A stretch of 64,000 nucleotides of DNA, from NCBI GenBank assembly GCA_044356725.1, contig JBIKVS010000002.1, positions 36,023 to 100,022 on the forward strand, read 5' to 3'. Positions within the stretch are counted from its first letter, which is position 1, and every line of letters starts with the position of its first letter. Below, in pieces: positions 1-9,887 of this stretch. The position numbers and the translations under genes were made by a program. The notes below the pieces were generated by a model. That model saw only the letters and a program-made list of their open reading frames with translations, made no database searches and was not told the DNA's origin. This stretch comes from Minisyncoccia bacterium (GTDB lineage: Bacteria; Patescibacteriota; Minisyncoccia; SW-4-49-11).

Positions 1-981
1 TAGTCCCTCTCTCACATCATCTCCTGTTAGATTTTCGTCTTTTTCTTTGAGAATTCCTTTCTTTTTGGCATAATCATTCAAAACTCTTGTCAAAGCTGTT
101 CTAAATCCAGTGACATGAGTTCCTCCTCCTGGGGTAATAATATTATTAACAAAAGATAATTCAGTAGATTGTAAATCACGAGAATATTGAAAAGCAACTT
201 CTACCAAAATATTATCTTTTTCTTGATTACAATAAAATGGAGTTGAGTGTCTAGGCTCTTCTCCATGGAATAAATAGCTTAAGTATGAAACAATTCCACT
301 ATCAAAGAAAAATGTATAATCTAGAGGTTTAGTCTCTTCTCTTAGGTCATTGACTTTAATTTGAGTTCCCTTGGTAAGATAAGCTTGAGACCTTAAATAG
401 GTATAGATTTTTTCTCTGTTGAATTTTGTCTCTGAGAAAATAGTTTCATCAGGCTTGAATACAACCTCAGTTCCATTTGGATGAGTAGTTTTGCCCACTT
501 TTTTGAGTGATCCTTGAGGAAACCCTATAGAGAAACTCTGTGTATATTCATATCCATCCTTCCAAACTGTGACTTTAGTGTCAGTGGACAATGCATTTAC
601 TACTGAGATTCCTACTCCATGCAATCCTCCAGAAACTTGATATCCACCTTTTCCAAATTTACCTCCAGCATGAAGCTTAGTCATAATAGTCTCAAGAGTG
701 GAAACTCCAGTCTTAGGGTGAATGTCTACTGGGATACCTCTTCCATTATCCTCTACTCTGACCATATCATTTGGTAATAAATCTACCGTGATAGTATCAC
801 AGTATCCTCCCATAGCCTCATCAATGGAGTTATTAACGATTTCCCAAACTAAATGATGCAACCCTTCTGTTCCGGTTGATCCAATATACATTCCAGGTCT
901 TACTCTGACTGGCTCTAATCCTTCTAATACATCGATTTGTGCTGCTGAATATTCTTGAACTGGTTGCTGTTTTTTTGCCAT
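1..981 (-). CDS. gyrB: DNA gyrase subunit B, N-terminal part (runs off the window's left edge)
   Basis: Manual translation from ATG at 981 gives MAKKQQPVQEYSAAQIDVLEGLEPVRVRPGMYIGSTG, then HHLVWEIVNNSIDE, DNGRGIP and GGLHGVG GHKL ATPase motifs. Not in the ORF track because it is truncated. Confidence 0.95.
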   Translation of the reverse strand, partial: MAKKQQPVQEYSAAQIDVLEGLEPVRVRPGMYIGSTGTEGLHHLVWEIVNNSIDEAMGGYCDTITVDLLPNDMVRVEDNGRGIPVDIHPKTGVSTLETIMTKLHAGGKFGKGGYQVSGGLHGVGISVVNALSTDTKVTVWKDGYEYTQSFSIGFPQGSLKKVGKTTHPNGTEVVFKPDETIFSETKFNREKIYTYLRSQAYLTKGTQIKVNDLREETKPLDYTFFFDSGIVSYLSYLFHGEEPRHSTPFYCNQEKDNILVEVAFQYSRDLQSTELSFVNNIITPGGGTHVTGFRTALTRVLNDYAKKKGILKEKDENLTGDDVREGL

Positions 982-1036
982 ATATGTTACTATTCTGTTA
1001 TACTTTATTATACCATATTTAGCCAAATAAGTCTAT

Positions 1037-1954
1037 ATGCAATCTATTATTACTATTTTAGGTCCAACTGCGATTGGTAAATCTAAGTTAGCCGTGGAGT
1101 TAGCTAAGGAATTTTCTGGATCTATCATCTCTGCTGATTCTAGACAAATTTATAAAGAATTTGATATTGGTAGTGGTAAAATTACTCAGAAAGAGATGCA
1201 GAATGTTCCCCATTATATGCTTGATATCCAAAAATTATGGGAAGATTATAATGTAGCTGAATTTCAAAAAGATGTGGAATCTATTTTACAAGAATTAGAA
1301 GTGCAAAAAACTTTACCATTCTTGGTAGGTGGGACTGGCTTATATATTGAGTCTATTATATATGATTATCAGCTACCTAATATACCTATTCAAAATCAAT
1401 TACGACAAGAGTTGTCTCAGATGAATAAATTAGAACTTCAAAATAAACTTTTATCCCTAACCCCCCAAATTAACTTAAATCAATCCGACTGGAATAATCC
1501 TGTTCGATTAATTAGGGCTATTGAAAAAAACATTTTAGGAATTAAGCCTACAGACACAAACCCATCCCCTATCTATAAACCTCTATTAATTGGCTTAAAA
1601 TCTGATTTAAATAATATAAGGGATAGAATTACACTTAGGGTAGAAGAAAGACTATCACAAGGTGCTATTGACGAGGTGCAGAATATAAAAACAATTCTAA
1701 ACTCACAACTATCCCCTATTATGGCTCAAAAAAAACTTCAACAATTTGGGCTAGGTACTATAGCTATCTGTGATTATCTGGATAAAAAAATTGACTATGA
1801 AAAAATGAAGAGTAAATATATTCAATCCGAGTACCAATATGCTAGAAGACAAATGACTTGGTTTCGTCGTATGTCAGACATTCATTGGTTTGAGGCTGAT
1901 GATAAAAATTTATTAATTAAAACTAGTCAACTGATTTCTGACTTTCTTGAATAG
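1037..1954 (+). CDS. miaA: tRNA dimethylallyltransferase
   Basis: GPTAIGKS, ISADSRQIY, VGGTGLY and YARRQMTWF motifs. Confidence 0.96.
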   Translation: MQSIITILGPTAIGKSKLAVELAKEFSGSIISADSRQIYKEFDIGSGKITQKEMQNVPHYMLDIQKLWEDYNVAEFQKDVESILQELEVQKTLPFLVGGTGLYIESIIYDYQLPNIPIQNQLRQELSQMNKLELQNKLLSLTPQINLNQSDWNNPVRLIRAIEKNILGIKPTDTNPSPIYKPLLIGLKSDLNNIRDRITLRVEERLSQGAIDEVQNIKTILNSQLSPIMAQKKLQQFGLGTIAICDYLDKKIDYEKMKSKYIQSEYQYARRQMTWFRRMSDIHWFEADDKNLLIKTSQLISDFLE

Positions 1955-2609
1955 CAGTCTTGATGGTAGTGTGTCCAAGAACTAGAGTATCATAAATAAA
2001 TACATAAAATCTAAATCCAAGTACAAATACTCCAAAACTAAATAAAATAAGGGATAAAGGTGGGTACAATATATCTGAGTTGATATAATTTTGCCAGACT
2101 GGTAGCTTTGCTAAATATATATGCATAGTAGCTAATATAAAAGCTGTATAACTTACATATCTAATTAATCTTCGCCATCTTTTTGGACCTAATGTCTTGA
2201 TTACTATAATCTCAGAAATAGCATAGCAAATATAAAATAAATATAAGGCTATAATGCCTAAAGCAACTGCCCAATAGTTTATAATTAGAATATCAGGGTT
2301 TGGGAATACATATATCATTGTACCCACAACTCCGTGGATTAAGGCATACATAAATCCAATTATCCCTAATTGTTTACGATAAGTTAAAAACTGGTCAAAA
2401 TAATTCCAAAATTTACCAAAAGGCCCTAGTATTAATGACAGTCCTATTAGCAAATACCCTGTATTAGTAAATCCTTTAAGCACCATCTCAACTACAGACA
2501 CCGATTCAGAAACTGTCCCTACATAATAAACAGAGAAAAAAGGTATGGTTGTCAGACTAAAAAGTATAATATTTTTCCAAGGATTTCTTTTTTTTATAAT
2601 ATTGGCCAT
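1923..2609 (-). CDS. Ferric reductase-like transmembrane protein (MsrQ/YedZ-like heme-binding membrane subunit)
   Basis: About 6 TM helices; RKQLGIIGFMYALIH and LGPKRWRRL...H signatures of the YedZ family. Confidence 0.75.
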   Translation of the reverse strand: MANIIKKRNPWKNIILFSLTTIPFFSVYYVGTVSESVSVVEMVLKGFTNTGYLLIGLSLILGPFGKFWNYFDQFLTYRKQLGIIGFMYALIHGVVGTMIYVFPNPDILIINYWAVALGIIALYLFYICYAISEIIVIKTLGPKRWRRLIRYVSYTAFILATMHIYLAKLPVWQNYINSDILYPPLSLILFSFGVFVLGFRFYVFIYDTLVLGHTTIKTAIQESQKSVD

Positions 2610-2611
2610 AT

Positions 2612-3700
2612 TTATTTTAAAATAATATTTTTAGTATTTTCTATAGTGTCTTTAAAGTTGAATTTTTGACTATAATCTTTAAGAGCTTTGATATCTTCTT
2701 TAGATAAATTAGTAGCTAATATTTTTATAATAGCCTTAGCCCAAGCTCTGACATCCTCAACTTCTACATATTCTATCATAGACTTTCCAATTTCTCTAGA
2801 ACTGGGAATATCTGAGGCAATCACTGGGACACCTTGTTGCAAAGCCTCCAAAATTGGAAACCCAAATCCCTCATAATAAGATGGGTATAATACAGCTTTT
2901 GCCTTTTGATATAATGTCAATTTTTCTAAATTATTAACTCGATTGAGATTGATAATATCTTTTTTATACTCTGATTTATCAATGACTTTGACTATATCTT
3001 GATATCCATATCCTGGGATACCAGCTAATACTAATTTCAAATCTGGATGACTTAATTTAACTAAATCAAAGGCTTCAATAATAGTTATTAGATTTTTTCT
3101 TAACTCTTTTCTACCAATAAATAAAAGATACTCTTTACCCTCTAACGCTGTAATTGTTGTCTTTATCTTATCCTTCTGATTGATATCTAAACTTGGAATT
3201 CCTGATGGTATGACTTTAATTTTATCAGGGTTAATCTCATATTCACTTGACAGGTCATCTTTGGTAGATTGACTAGGAGTGATTATAGTAGATGCCCATT
3301 TAGCTGATAACTTTGTAAAAATAGCCAAATGCCAAAACCTGAATAAAGAATAGGCTTGAGGGAAAGCTTCATACTCTAAACCGTGGATTACTATAATGCT
3401 ATTTTTAGGATGAATTGGTGGGATAATACTAGCTGGGGTATAAAATCTATCTGGCTTATCTTTTAGCAAAGCCAATGACAATCCCCATAATGTCCATACA
3501 AATTTAGTATTAATAATCTGGTTAGTAATGTTCGGTTGTAAATCTAAAATTTCTCTATCTAAAGGTGCTCGTGAATACAGAATAATTTCATGCTCCGCTG
3601 GGATTGATTGAAGTAAGCCTAAAATTATATTTTGGGCATAATATTCAGTACCTGTTTTATTTTTAACTTCTAATTTGGAAGCATCAATGGCTATTTTCAT
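2612..3700 (-). CDS. Glycosyltransferase, GT4 (group 1) family
   Basis: MKIAID start, RKNL and YPSYYEGFGFPILEA motifs. Confidence 0.9.
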   Translation of the reverse strand: MKIAIDASKLEVKNKTGTEYYAQNIILGLLQSIPAEHEIILYSRAPLDREILDLQPNITNQIINTKFVWTLWGLSLALLKDKPDRFYTPASIIPPIHPKNSIIVIHGLEYEAFPQAYSLFRFWHLAIFTKLSAKWASTIITPSQSTKDDLSSEYEINPDKIKVIPSGIPSLDINQKDKIKTTITALEGKEYLLFIGRKELRKNLITIIEAFDLVKLSHPDLKLVLAGIPGYGYQDIVKVIDKSEYKKDIINLNRVNNLEKLTLYQKAKAVLYPSYYEGFGFPILEALQQGVPVIASDIPSSREIGKSMIEYVEVEDVRAWAKAIIKILATNLSKEDIKALKDYSQKFNFKDTIENTKNIILK

Positions 3701-3720
3701 ATAATATTATTTAATTATTT

Positions 3721-4722
3721 TTATCTTTGATAACCTAATACTCTCTTATACTTATCGAGACTATCGAGCATTATACCAGTACCTTTAGCGACACAGTATA
3801 ATGGATCCTCCGCAATACTACAAGGCACACCTGTTGACTTAGAAATAAGCTCAGCTATATTCTTAAGCAATGCTCCCCCTCCGGTTATAACAATTCCTTT
3901 TTCTATGATATCACTAGCTAGTTCAGGTGGAGTTTCTTGCAGCACATTTTTGACTGTTTGAATTATTTCTCTTAGCTCGGCTTGCATAGCTATAGTTACC
4001 TCTTCTGAAGTAATTGTGACATTTTTAGGCAGACCAGTTAAGACATCTCGTCCTCTAATATCCATTGTGTCTGTTTCAATTGGAAGAGCTGAGCCAAGTT
4101 GTTTTTTGATATCCTCAGCGGTTTGCTCTCCTATAGCTAGGCTATATTTTTTCTTGATATGAGTCACAATGGCTTCTGTTAATTTATCTCCTGCTACTCT
4201 AGCTGAGGCAAAGGCAACAATTCCACCTAGAGAAATAACTCCTACTTCAGTTGTCCCTCCACCAATATCAATCACCATACTTCCTGAAGGAATATCAATA
4301 GGAATCCCAGCTCCTAGGGCTGCTAGAATTGGCTCTTTGACTACATAGGCATTCTTTGCCCCTACATTTAGAGCAACTTCAATCACCGCTCTTTTTTCGG
4401 TAGAGGTAATGGAGGCAGGTACAGATATAATACAATCTGGTCTAAAAACTCTAATTCGCCCACTGACTTTATGAATTAAATACCCAATCAAAGCTTCAGT
4501 CATACGATAATCAGCAATTACCCCATCTCTAATTGGTCTGACTGCTTTAATGCCATCTGGTGTTCGGCCAATCATTTCTTTAGCTTGATTACCAACTGCT
4601 AGAATAGAATTAGTATAAAGATCTACTGCTACTACAGATGGCTCATCCACTACAATACCTTTATTAGGCAAAAATACTAATACATTTGCTGTTCCTAAAT
4701 CTATACCTATTCTTTTTACCAT
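3721..4722 (-). CDS. mreB: Rod shape-determining protein MreB
   Basis: IGIDLGTAN, DIGGGTTE and ITGGGALL actin-fold motifs. Confidence 0.95.
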   Translation of the reverse strand: MVKRIGIDLGTANVLVFLPNKGIVVDEPSVVAVDLYTNSILAVGNQAKEMIGRTPDGIKAVRPIRDGVIADYRMTEALIGYLIHKVSGRIRVFRPDCIISVPASITSTEKRAVIEVALNVGAKNAYVVKEPILAALGAGIPIDIPSGSMVIDIGGGTTEVGVISLGGIVAFASARVAGDKLTEAIVTHIKKKYSLAIGEQTAEDIKKQLGSALPIETDTMDIRGRDVLTGLPKNVTITSEEVTIAMQAELREIIQTVKNVLQETPPELASDIIEKGIVITGGGALLKNIAELISKSTGVPCSIAEDPLYCVAKGTGIMLDSLDKYKRVLGYQR

Positions 4723-4759
4723 ATCAATTCTTAACTATCTTTATACTATTATATCATCT

Positions 4760-6250
4760 TTATCCTAATTTGACTCCTTGTTTTCTCAAATTATTCCTGA
4801 TGGCTCGGGCAGCCGAACCAGTTTTAACCATATTAAGCCAATCGCGATGAGGTTTTTGCTTTTTATCGGTAATAATTTCTACTATATCTCCATTTTGTAA
4901 ACTTGCTGATAATTTAACTGGACTACCATTAACTTTAGCTAGAACTGCATGCTTACCTATATCTTGATGTATTCTAAAAGCAAAATCAAGGGCGGTGGAG
5001 CCCTGCAATAACCTGATAGCATCTCCTTTTGGAGTCATTACAAAAATCTGGTCTTGAAATAAATCTAATTTAACATGCTGTAAATATTCTTCTTCCGATA
5101 AAGGTTCTTTACCTAAATTTACTAAATCTTGAATCCATTTAAATCTATCTGTATCAATAAAAGAATGTTTGTCTAAATCTGATTTTTGCTTATATGCCCA
5201 ATGTGAAGCCACTCCATATTCACAGTATTCATGCATCTCTTCAGTCCTAATTTGTACTTCAAAGATAGTATCTGTCTGCTTGTCCCTGACAGTAGTATGA
5301 ATACTTTGATAGCCATTGTCTTTTGGACTAGCAGTATAATCTTTGACCCTATTTGGCAGAGGCTCAAAATATGATTGTATAACAGAAAATACCTGATAAC
5401 AAGTAGCTAAGTCTGGGGTTATAATTCTCAAGGCTATTAAATCATACACCTGCTCTAACTTTTTACCTGTACCTAATTTTTTATATAAAGAATAGTATTT
5501 TTTGGCTCTACCATATAAGCGACCATAGTTAATATTCTCTGATTGTAAGACATTTTCTAAATTTAATTCAATTTTTTCTAAGATCTCTTGTCTTGTCGTA
5601 TATTCTTGTTTTACTTGTGAAATTAATGACTTATATTCCTCAGGATAGGCATAAGGAAAACTTAAATTTTCTAACTTCTCTTGCAATTTTCCCATTCCTA
5701 ATCTTTCTGCAATAGGGGCATATATTTCTAAACTCTCAAGAGCAATTCTTTGAGCTTTTTCTTGAGGTAGAGCTGATAATGTTTCTAGATTATGTAATCT
5801 ATCTGCTAGCTTGATAAAGATAACCCTAATATCGCGACTCATAGCTACAAACATCCTTCTTAAATTCTCAGCATATCTATCCTCACCCTTATATTTAATC
5901 ACAGATAATTTGGTGACTCCTGAAATCAAGAAAATCACTTCTCTACTAAATACTTTAGATAATTGACTTAAACTAACTTCAGTATCCTCAGGTACATCGT
6001 GGAGTAACATAGCAATTAGACTATCTCTATCTAATTGCATATCAGCTAGTATAATACAAGCTGAAACAGGGTGAATAATATAAAAATCACCACTTTTTCT
6101 TCTCTGCTCCTGATGGGCTTCAACCATTTGGATAAAAGCCATCTCAACTTGATCTAAATCAGTGTTTGAAAGATACTCTAAATGTGGTTTTAGTACATCC
6201 CAGAGTTGCTGACTTGCTAACTCTAGATTATCCTTGCTAATATTATCCAT
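4760..6250 (-). CDS. RelA/SpoT family (p)ppGpp synthetase/hydrolase (HD + synthetase + TGS, no ACT domain)
   Basis: LLHDVPED, IKLADRLHN, NGYQSIHT and FEVQIRT motifs; TGS STALDFAFRIH; protein ends just after TGS. Confidence 0.92.
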   Translation of the reverse strand: MDNISKDNLELASQQLWDVLKPHLEYLSNTDLDQVEMAFIQMVEAHQEQRRKSGDFYIIHPVSACIILADMQLDRDSLIAMLLHDVPEDTEVSLSQLSKVFSREVIFLISGVTKLSVIKYKGEDRYAENLRRMFVAMSRDIRVIFIKLADRLHNLETLSALPQEKAQRIALESLEIYAPIAERLGMGKLQEKLENLSFPYAYPEEYKSLISQVKQEYTTRQEILEKIELNLENVLQSENINYGRLYGRAKKYYSLYKKLGTGKKLEQVYDLIALRIITPDLATCYQVFSVIQSYFEPLPNRVKDYTASPKDNGYQSIHTTVRDKQTDTIFEVQIRTEEMHEYCEYGVASHWAYKQKSDLDKHSFIDTDRFKWIQDLVNLGKEPLSEEEYLQHVKLDLFQDQIFVMTPKGDAIRLLQGSTALDFAFRIHQDIGKHAVLAKVNGSPVKLSASLQNGDIVEIITDKKQKPHRDWLNMVKTGSAARAIRNNLRKQGVKLG

Positions 6251-6282
6251 GTCTAAAACTTAGATTGTTGATAATTATTTCT

Positions 6283-7557
6283 CTAATTCACCCTCACTAT
6301 ATCAAAGCCTAGCTGAGTTAATCTTTGTTCAATCTGCTCATACCCTCTATCTATATGATGAATATTATCAATGATGCTATCTCGCTCTGAAATTAAAGCT
6401 GCCAATAAAAAAGTCATCCCTGCCCTAATATCAGGACTCTCAATTTTTTTACCATATAATTTAGTTGGGCCATTTACTACCACTCGATAAGGGTCACACA
6501 TAATTATATTGGCACCCATCTGATTCAAAATATCAGTATAGAATAATCTTCCATCAAAAATAGTCTCTTGCACCACTGATGTCCCCTCAGCCTGGGTCAA
6601 CAACAAAGTAAATGGTGCTTGCAGGTCTGTTACAAATCCAGGATATTCGTGAGTTTTTAGTTGTAATCCTTGATAAGGCTCATTATGAGATATAATTTGT
6701 ATAAAATCATCACCCAATTCATATTTTACCCCAGCTAAATCTAAAAACTTCCAAAATACTCGCAAATGCCTTGGTTCAATACCTGTCACCTTAATATCAC
6801 TTCTAGTCAAAGCTCCTAATATAGCAAAAGTTCCCGCCTCCAATCTATCGGGTATATTAGTATACTCCAGGGAGTTAGAGTCTAAAACATCTACCCCCTC
6901 AATAATAATCTCAGAAGTACCATCACCTGTAATCTTAGCTCCAGCTAATCTTAACATATCACAGAGAGCTGTAATTTCAGGTTCTAGGGCTGCATTATAA
7001 ATAGTAGTCTTCCCCCTAGCCTTAACTGCTGCCATAATAAGATGTTCTGTAGCAGTATGAGAAATCCATTTGAATACATATTCTATACCATTGAGAGATT
7101 TATTTGGTAGTCTAAATATATATTGGCTACTCTCCTCTATTACCTCAGCTCCCATTAGAGAAAGACTTTCTAAAGTCATATCAATCGGCCTTCTGCCAAT
7201 AGCATCTCCACCTGGATGAGGGAATACTACCTCCCCAAATCGTATCAATAATGGGGCAATAAACAGAAAGGAAGCTCGCATTTTTACAGCTAAGTCGGTT
7301 GGAATAATATTAGTATAGACTTTAGTAGTATCTATATTATAGGAATGATGAGATACTCTCTCTACTATTGCTCCCAATGACTCTAAAATGGCAATCATAT
7401 CTCTAATATCCTCAATGTCTGGAATATTACGTAGAGTTATTTGACCATCTATCAAAAGTGTAGCTGGCAAAAGCTTTATAGCTGAATTTTTAGCTCCATA
7501 AACTGGAATTTCTCCCTTTTTACCAAATTGATTACCTTTAATTTGAAACTTTGCCAT
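6283..7557 (-). CDS. murA: UDP-N-acetylglucosamine 1-carboxyvinyltransferase
   Basis: GAKNS, MRAS, PGGDAIGRRP (Asp at the Cys115 position), PGFVTDLQ, DIRAG and HIDRGYE. Confidence 0.96.
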   Translation of the reverse strand: MAKFQIKGNQFGKKGEIPVYGAKNSAIKLLPATLLIDGQITLRNIPDIEDIRDMIAILESLGAIVERVSHHSYNIDTTKVYTNIIPTDLAVKMRASFLFIAPLLIRFGEVVFPHPGGDAIGRRPIDMTLESLSLMGAEVIEESSQYIFRLPNKSLNGIEYVFKWISHTATEHLIMAAVKARGKTTIYNAALEPEITALCDMLRLAGAKITGDGTSEIIIEGVDVLDSNSLEYTNIPDRLEAGTFAILGALTRSDIKVTGIEPRHLRVFWKFLDLAGVKYELGDDFIQIISHNEPYQGLQLKTHEYPGFVTDLQAPFTLLLTQAEGTSVVQETIFDGRLFYTDILNQMGANIIMCDPYRVVVNGPTKLYGKKIESPDIRAGMTFLLAALISERDSIIDNIHHIDRGYEQIEQRLTQLGFDIVRVN

Positions 7558-7563
7558 ATAATT

Positions 7564-8862
7564 TTAATTTAATAATTTTAGAATCTCCTCTGTATCATTC
7601 CAATTTTCTTTAACCCCTCCAGCTCTCATAATACTAGTCTCACTGCCTTTACCTGTGATTATAATTATATATTCATTCTGAGATAATTCTATAGCTTTTT
7701 TGAAGGCCTCTCGACGAGATAAAATTCGCCAAGCATTTTTATGTTCTTGTTTACCAGCTTCCAATACTCCAGCAAAAACCTCATCTATAATAGCTTGTGG
7801 ATTCTCATCATAAGGATCCTCATCGGTAATGATAACATAATCATTCATCTCACCTGCCACTCTTCCCATTGGAGATCTTTTCCAAGTGTCCCTACCACCA
7901 CCACAAGAACCCAAGATAGCAATAGTCTTACCATTATCCTTAAAGCTAGTATTAATAGTCTGATAGACTTTCTCTAATGCCTCTGGGATATGTGCATAAT
8001 CTACAAATACAGTAGGATTAGTATACACTTTATTCATCCTACCTGGAATATCGTTTAAGTTGGCTAAAACTTTATTAATCTTATCATAATCATACCCCAA
8101 CCAATGGACAATTCCAATTACAAATAAAAGATTATAGCCCATAAATTCTCCTAAAACTGGCGTTTTTACATTATATTCTTGGTTAGTATTATTATCTTTA
8201 TACCTAAATTCTAGCCCATTTTGGTCTGATTTAATAGATAGCATTTGCAAAGTAGCTTGACTGGACTTACCAGTAGAATATACTTGCTTATCAGTAAGGC
8301 TGCGATAATAGTCTTGATGAGCATCATCTTGATTCACCCAAGAGAGAGGTTTTATAATTTTAGAGTTGATTGTCTTAGATTGAGACTTATCAAAGGACTG
8401 GAACAATAATCCTTTAGCTTTCTTATAATTCTCAAAGCCTCCATGAGCCTCTAAATGTTCAGGATATAAGTTAGTAATGACAACTGAATCAAAATGTATA
8501 CCTCGATGCCGATTCTGAGCTAGTCCCTCACTAGTGACTTCTACTATGAAGACTGTTGCTCCATTATTCTTAGCCTCTCGCATCAATTTATGAATTTGTC
8601 CTCTACCAGGCATAGAGTTACGGATTTTATTCTTAGATAATTCTATACCGTTGCTAGAGTAGACCGAAGAAGTAAGCCCCACCTTCAACCCTAATTTAAT
8701 TAAGGTCTGATACAGAGTATAAACTGTACTAGTCTTACCTTTTGTACCTGTAATACCGATTACAATCAGACCTTCACTAGGTTTGCCTAATATAATATTA
8801 ACTCCATAGTTTAAAACCAAGTGATAGAATGATTTTAACTGTTTTAATATTTTTTTTATCAT
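7564..8862 (-). CDS. murE: Mur ligase, MurE-like UDP-MurNAc-tripeptide synthetase
   Basis: GITGTKGKTS, EVTSEG, TNLYPEHL, PGRM, VDYAH, GSCGGGRD, TDEDP and GKGSE. Confidence 0.85.
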   Translation of the reverse strand: MIKKILKQLKSFYHLVLNYGVNIILGKPSEGLIVIGITGTKGKTSTVYTLYQTLIKLGLKVGLTSSVYSSNGIELSKNKIRNSMPGRGQIHKLMREAKNNGATVFIVEVTSEGLAQNRHRGIHFDSVVITNLYPEHLEAHGGFENYKKAKGLLFQSFDKSQSKTINSKIIKPLSWVNQDDAHQDYYRSLTDKQVYSTGKSSQATLQMLSIKSDQNGLEFRYKDNNTNQEYNVKTPVLGEFMGYNLLFVIGIVHWLGYDYDKINKVLANLNDIPGRMNKVYTNPTVFVDYAHIPEALEKVYQTINTSFKDNGKTIAILGSCGGGRDTWKRSPMGRVAGEMNDYVIITDEDPYDENPQAIIDEVFAGVLEAGKQEHKNAWRILSRREAFKKAIELSQNEYIIIITGKGSETSIMRAGGVKENWNDTEEILKLLN

Positions 8863-8871
8863 ACTGATAAA

Positions 8872-9534
8872 TTAACTTTGCAATTTGTCTACTAAATCTT
8901 GATAACTTTGTGCTGGATTATCTGACTTAAATATAGTGCTACCAACTGCAATTCTTGTTACTCCCAGACTTTGAATATGATCAATATTATCTAAACTCAC
9001 AGCCCCATCCCAAGCAATATCTCCCTCATACATAGTATAGCGATTCTTAAAATCTACTACCTTATCATATACTTTATCCTGTAAGGCTGATCCATAAAAC
9101 CCTGGATTTACTCCCATAAATTGTACTCCGTCAATTTTTTTCACCACTTTACCGATATCTCTTATATCAGTATCTGGATTAAGTGCAATTGCCACTTCTT
9201 TATTGATAGATTTAATCAAATTGACTAGTTGACGAAGTTGTTCCAAGTTAGCACAAATCTCTTGATGCACAATAATGCGAGAACAAGGCTTAAAGGATTT
9301 GACACTTTCAATAATATCACGAGTATTATTGAAGTTAGCCATAATATGTAGTTCGACCTGTAAGTCTCCAAAGTCTTCATAGAAGAATTCTCTTGGCAAC
9401 AAAGATTTAGACTCTACGAACTCCCCATCCATAATGTCAATTTGAATAATTTTAGCTACAGGCTTAATGCTAGACAAATATTCTCTAAACTCTTGTTTAG
9501 AATTAGTCAAAATAGCAGGGATAATAATACTCAT
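8872..9534 (-). CDS. rpe: Ribulose-phosphate 3-epimerase
   Basis: IDIMDGEFV, ELHIM, MGVNPGFYG, WDGAV and VGSTIF. Confidence 0.9.
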   Translation of the reverse strand: MSIIIPAILTNSKQEFREYLSSIKPVAKIIQIDIMDGEFVESKSLLPREFFYEDFGDLQVELHIMANFNNTRDIIESVKSFKPCSRIIVHQEICANLEQLRQLVNLIKSINKEVAIALNPDTDIRDIGKVVKKIDGVQFMGVNPGFYGSALQDKVYDKVVDFKNRYTMYEGDIAWDGAVSLDNIDHIQSLGVTRIAVGSTIFKSDNPAQSYQDLVDKLQS

Positions 9535-9578
9535 AGTTTATAAGTTAACTTGAACATAATTATAGCATATATTAAAAA

Positions 9579-9882
9579 AATTATGAATTGTAGGTTGTGA
9601 ATGGTAAATTGTGAGTTATGAATTATTAACTGTAGGGCTTTTGTAAAGAGATATTAGGAGGGGGCGACCTTTCAGTCGCCTGAATCCTCCTCCGTCACCT
9701 ACGGTGCCACCTCCCCCAAGGGAGGACAGTTCTTATCTTGTCTCCCTTTGGAGGGCGACAGAGACGGAAACTCAAATCACAAAACACTCCACCCCGTCCA
9801 GCATAGCTGTCCACCCCTCAAGAGGGGAATTTTAATACAAAAGACCCTAAAATTCATAATTTACAATTCACAATTTATAATT
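9579..9882. repeat. Composite palindromic (REP-like) intergenic element, copy A
   Basis: Left TGAATTA/TGAGTTA-type heptamer tract; modules ggggcgacctttcagtcgcctg, tcctcctccgtcacctacggtgccacctcccccaagggaggac and ccaccccg..ccacccctcaagaggggaatt; inverted heptamer tract on the right. Confidence 0.85.
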
Positions 9883-9887
9883 AAAGC

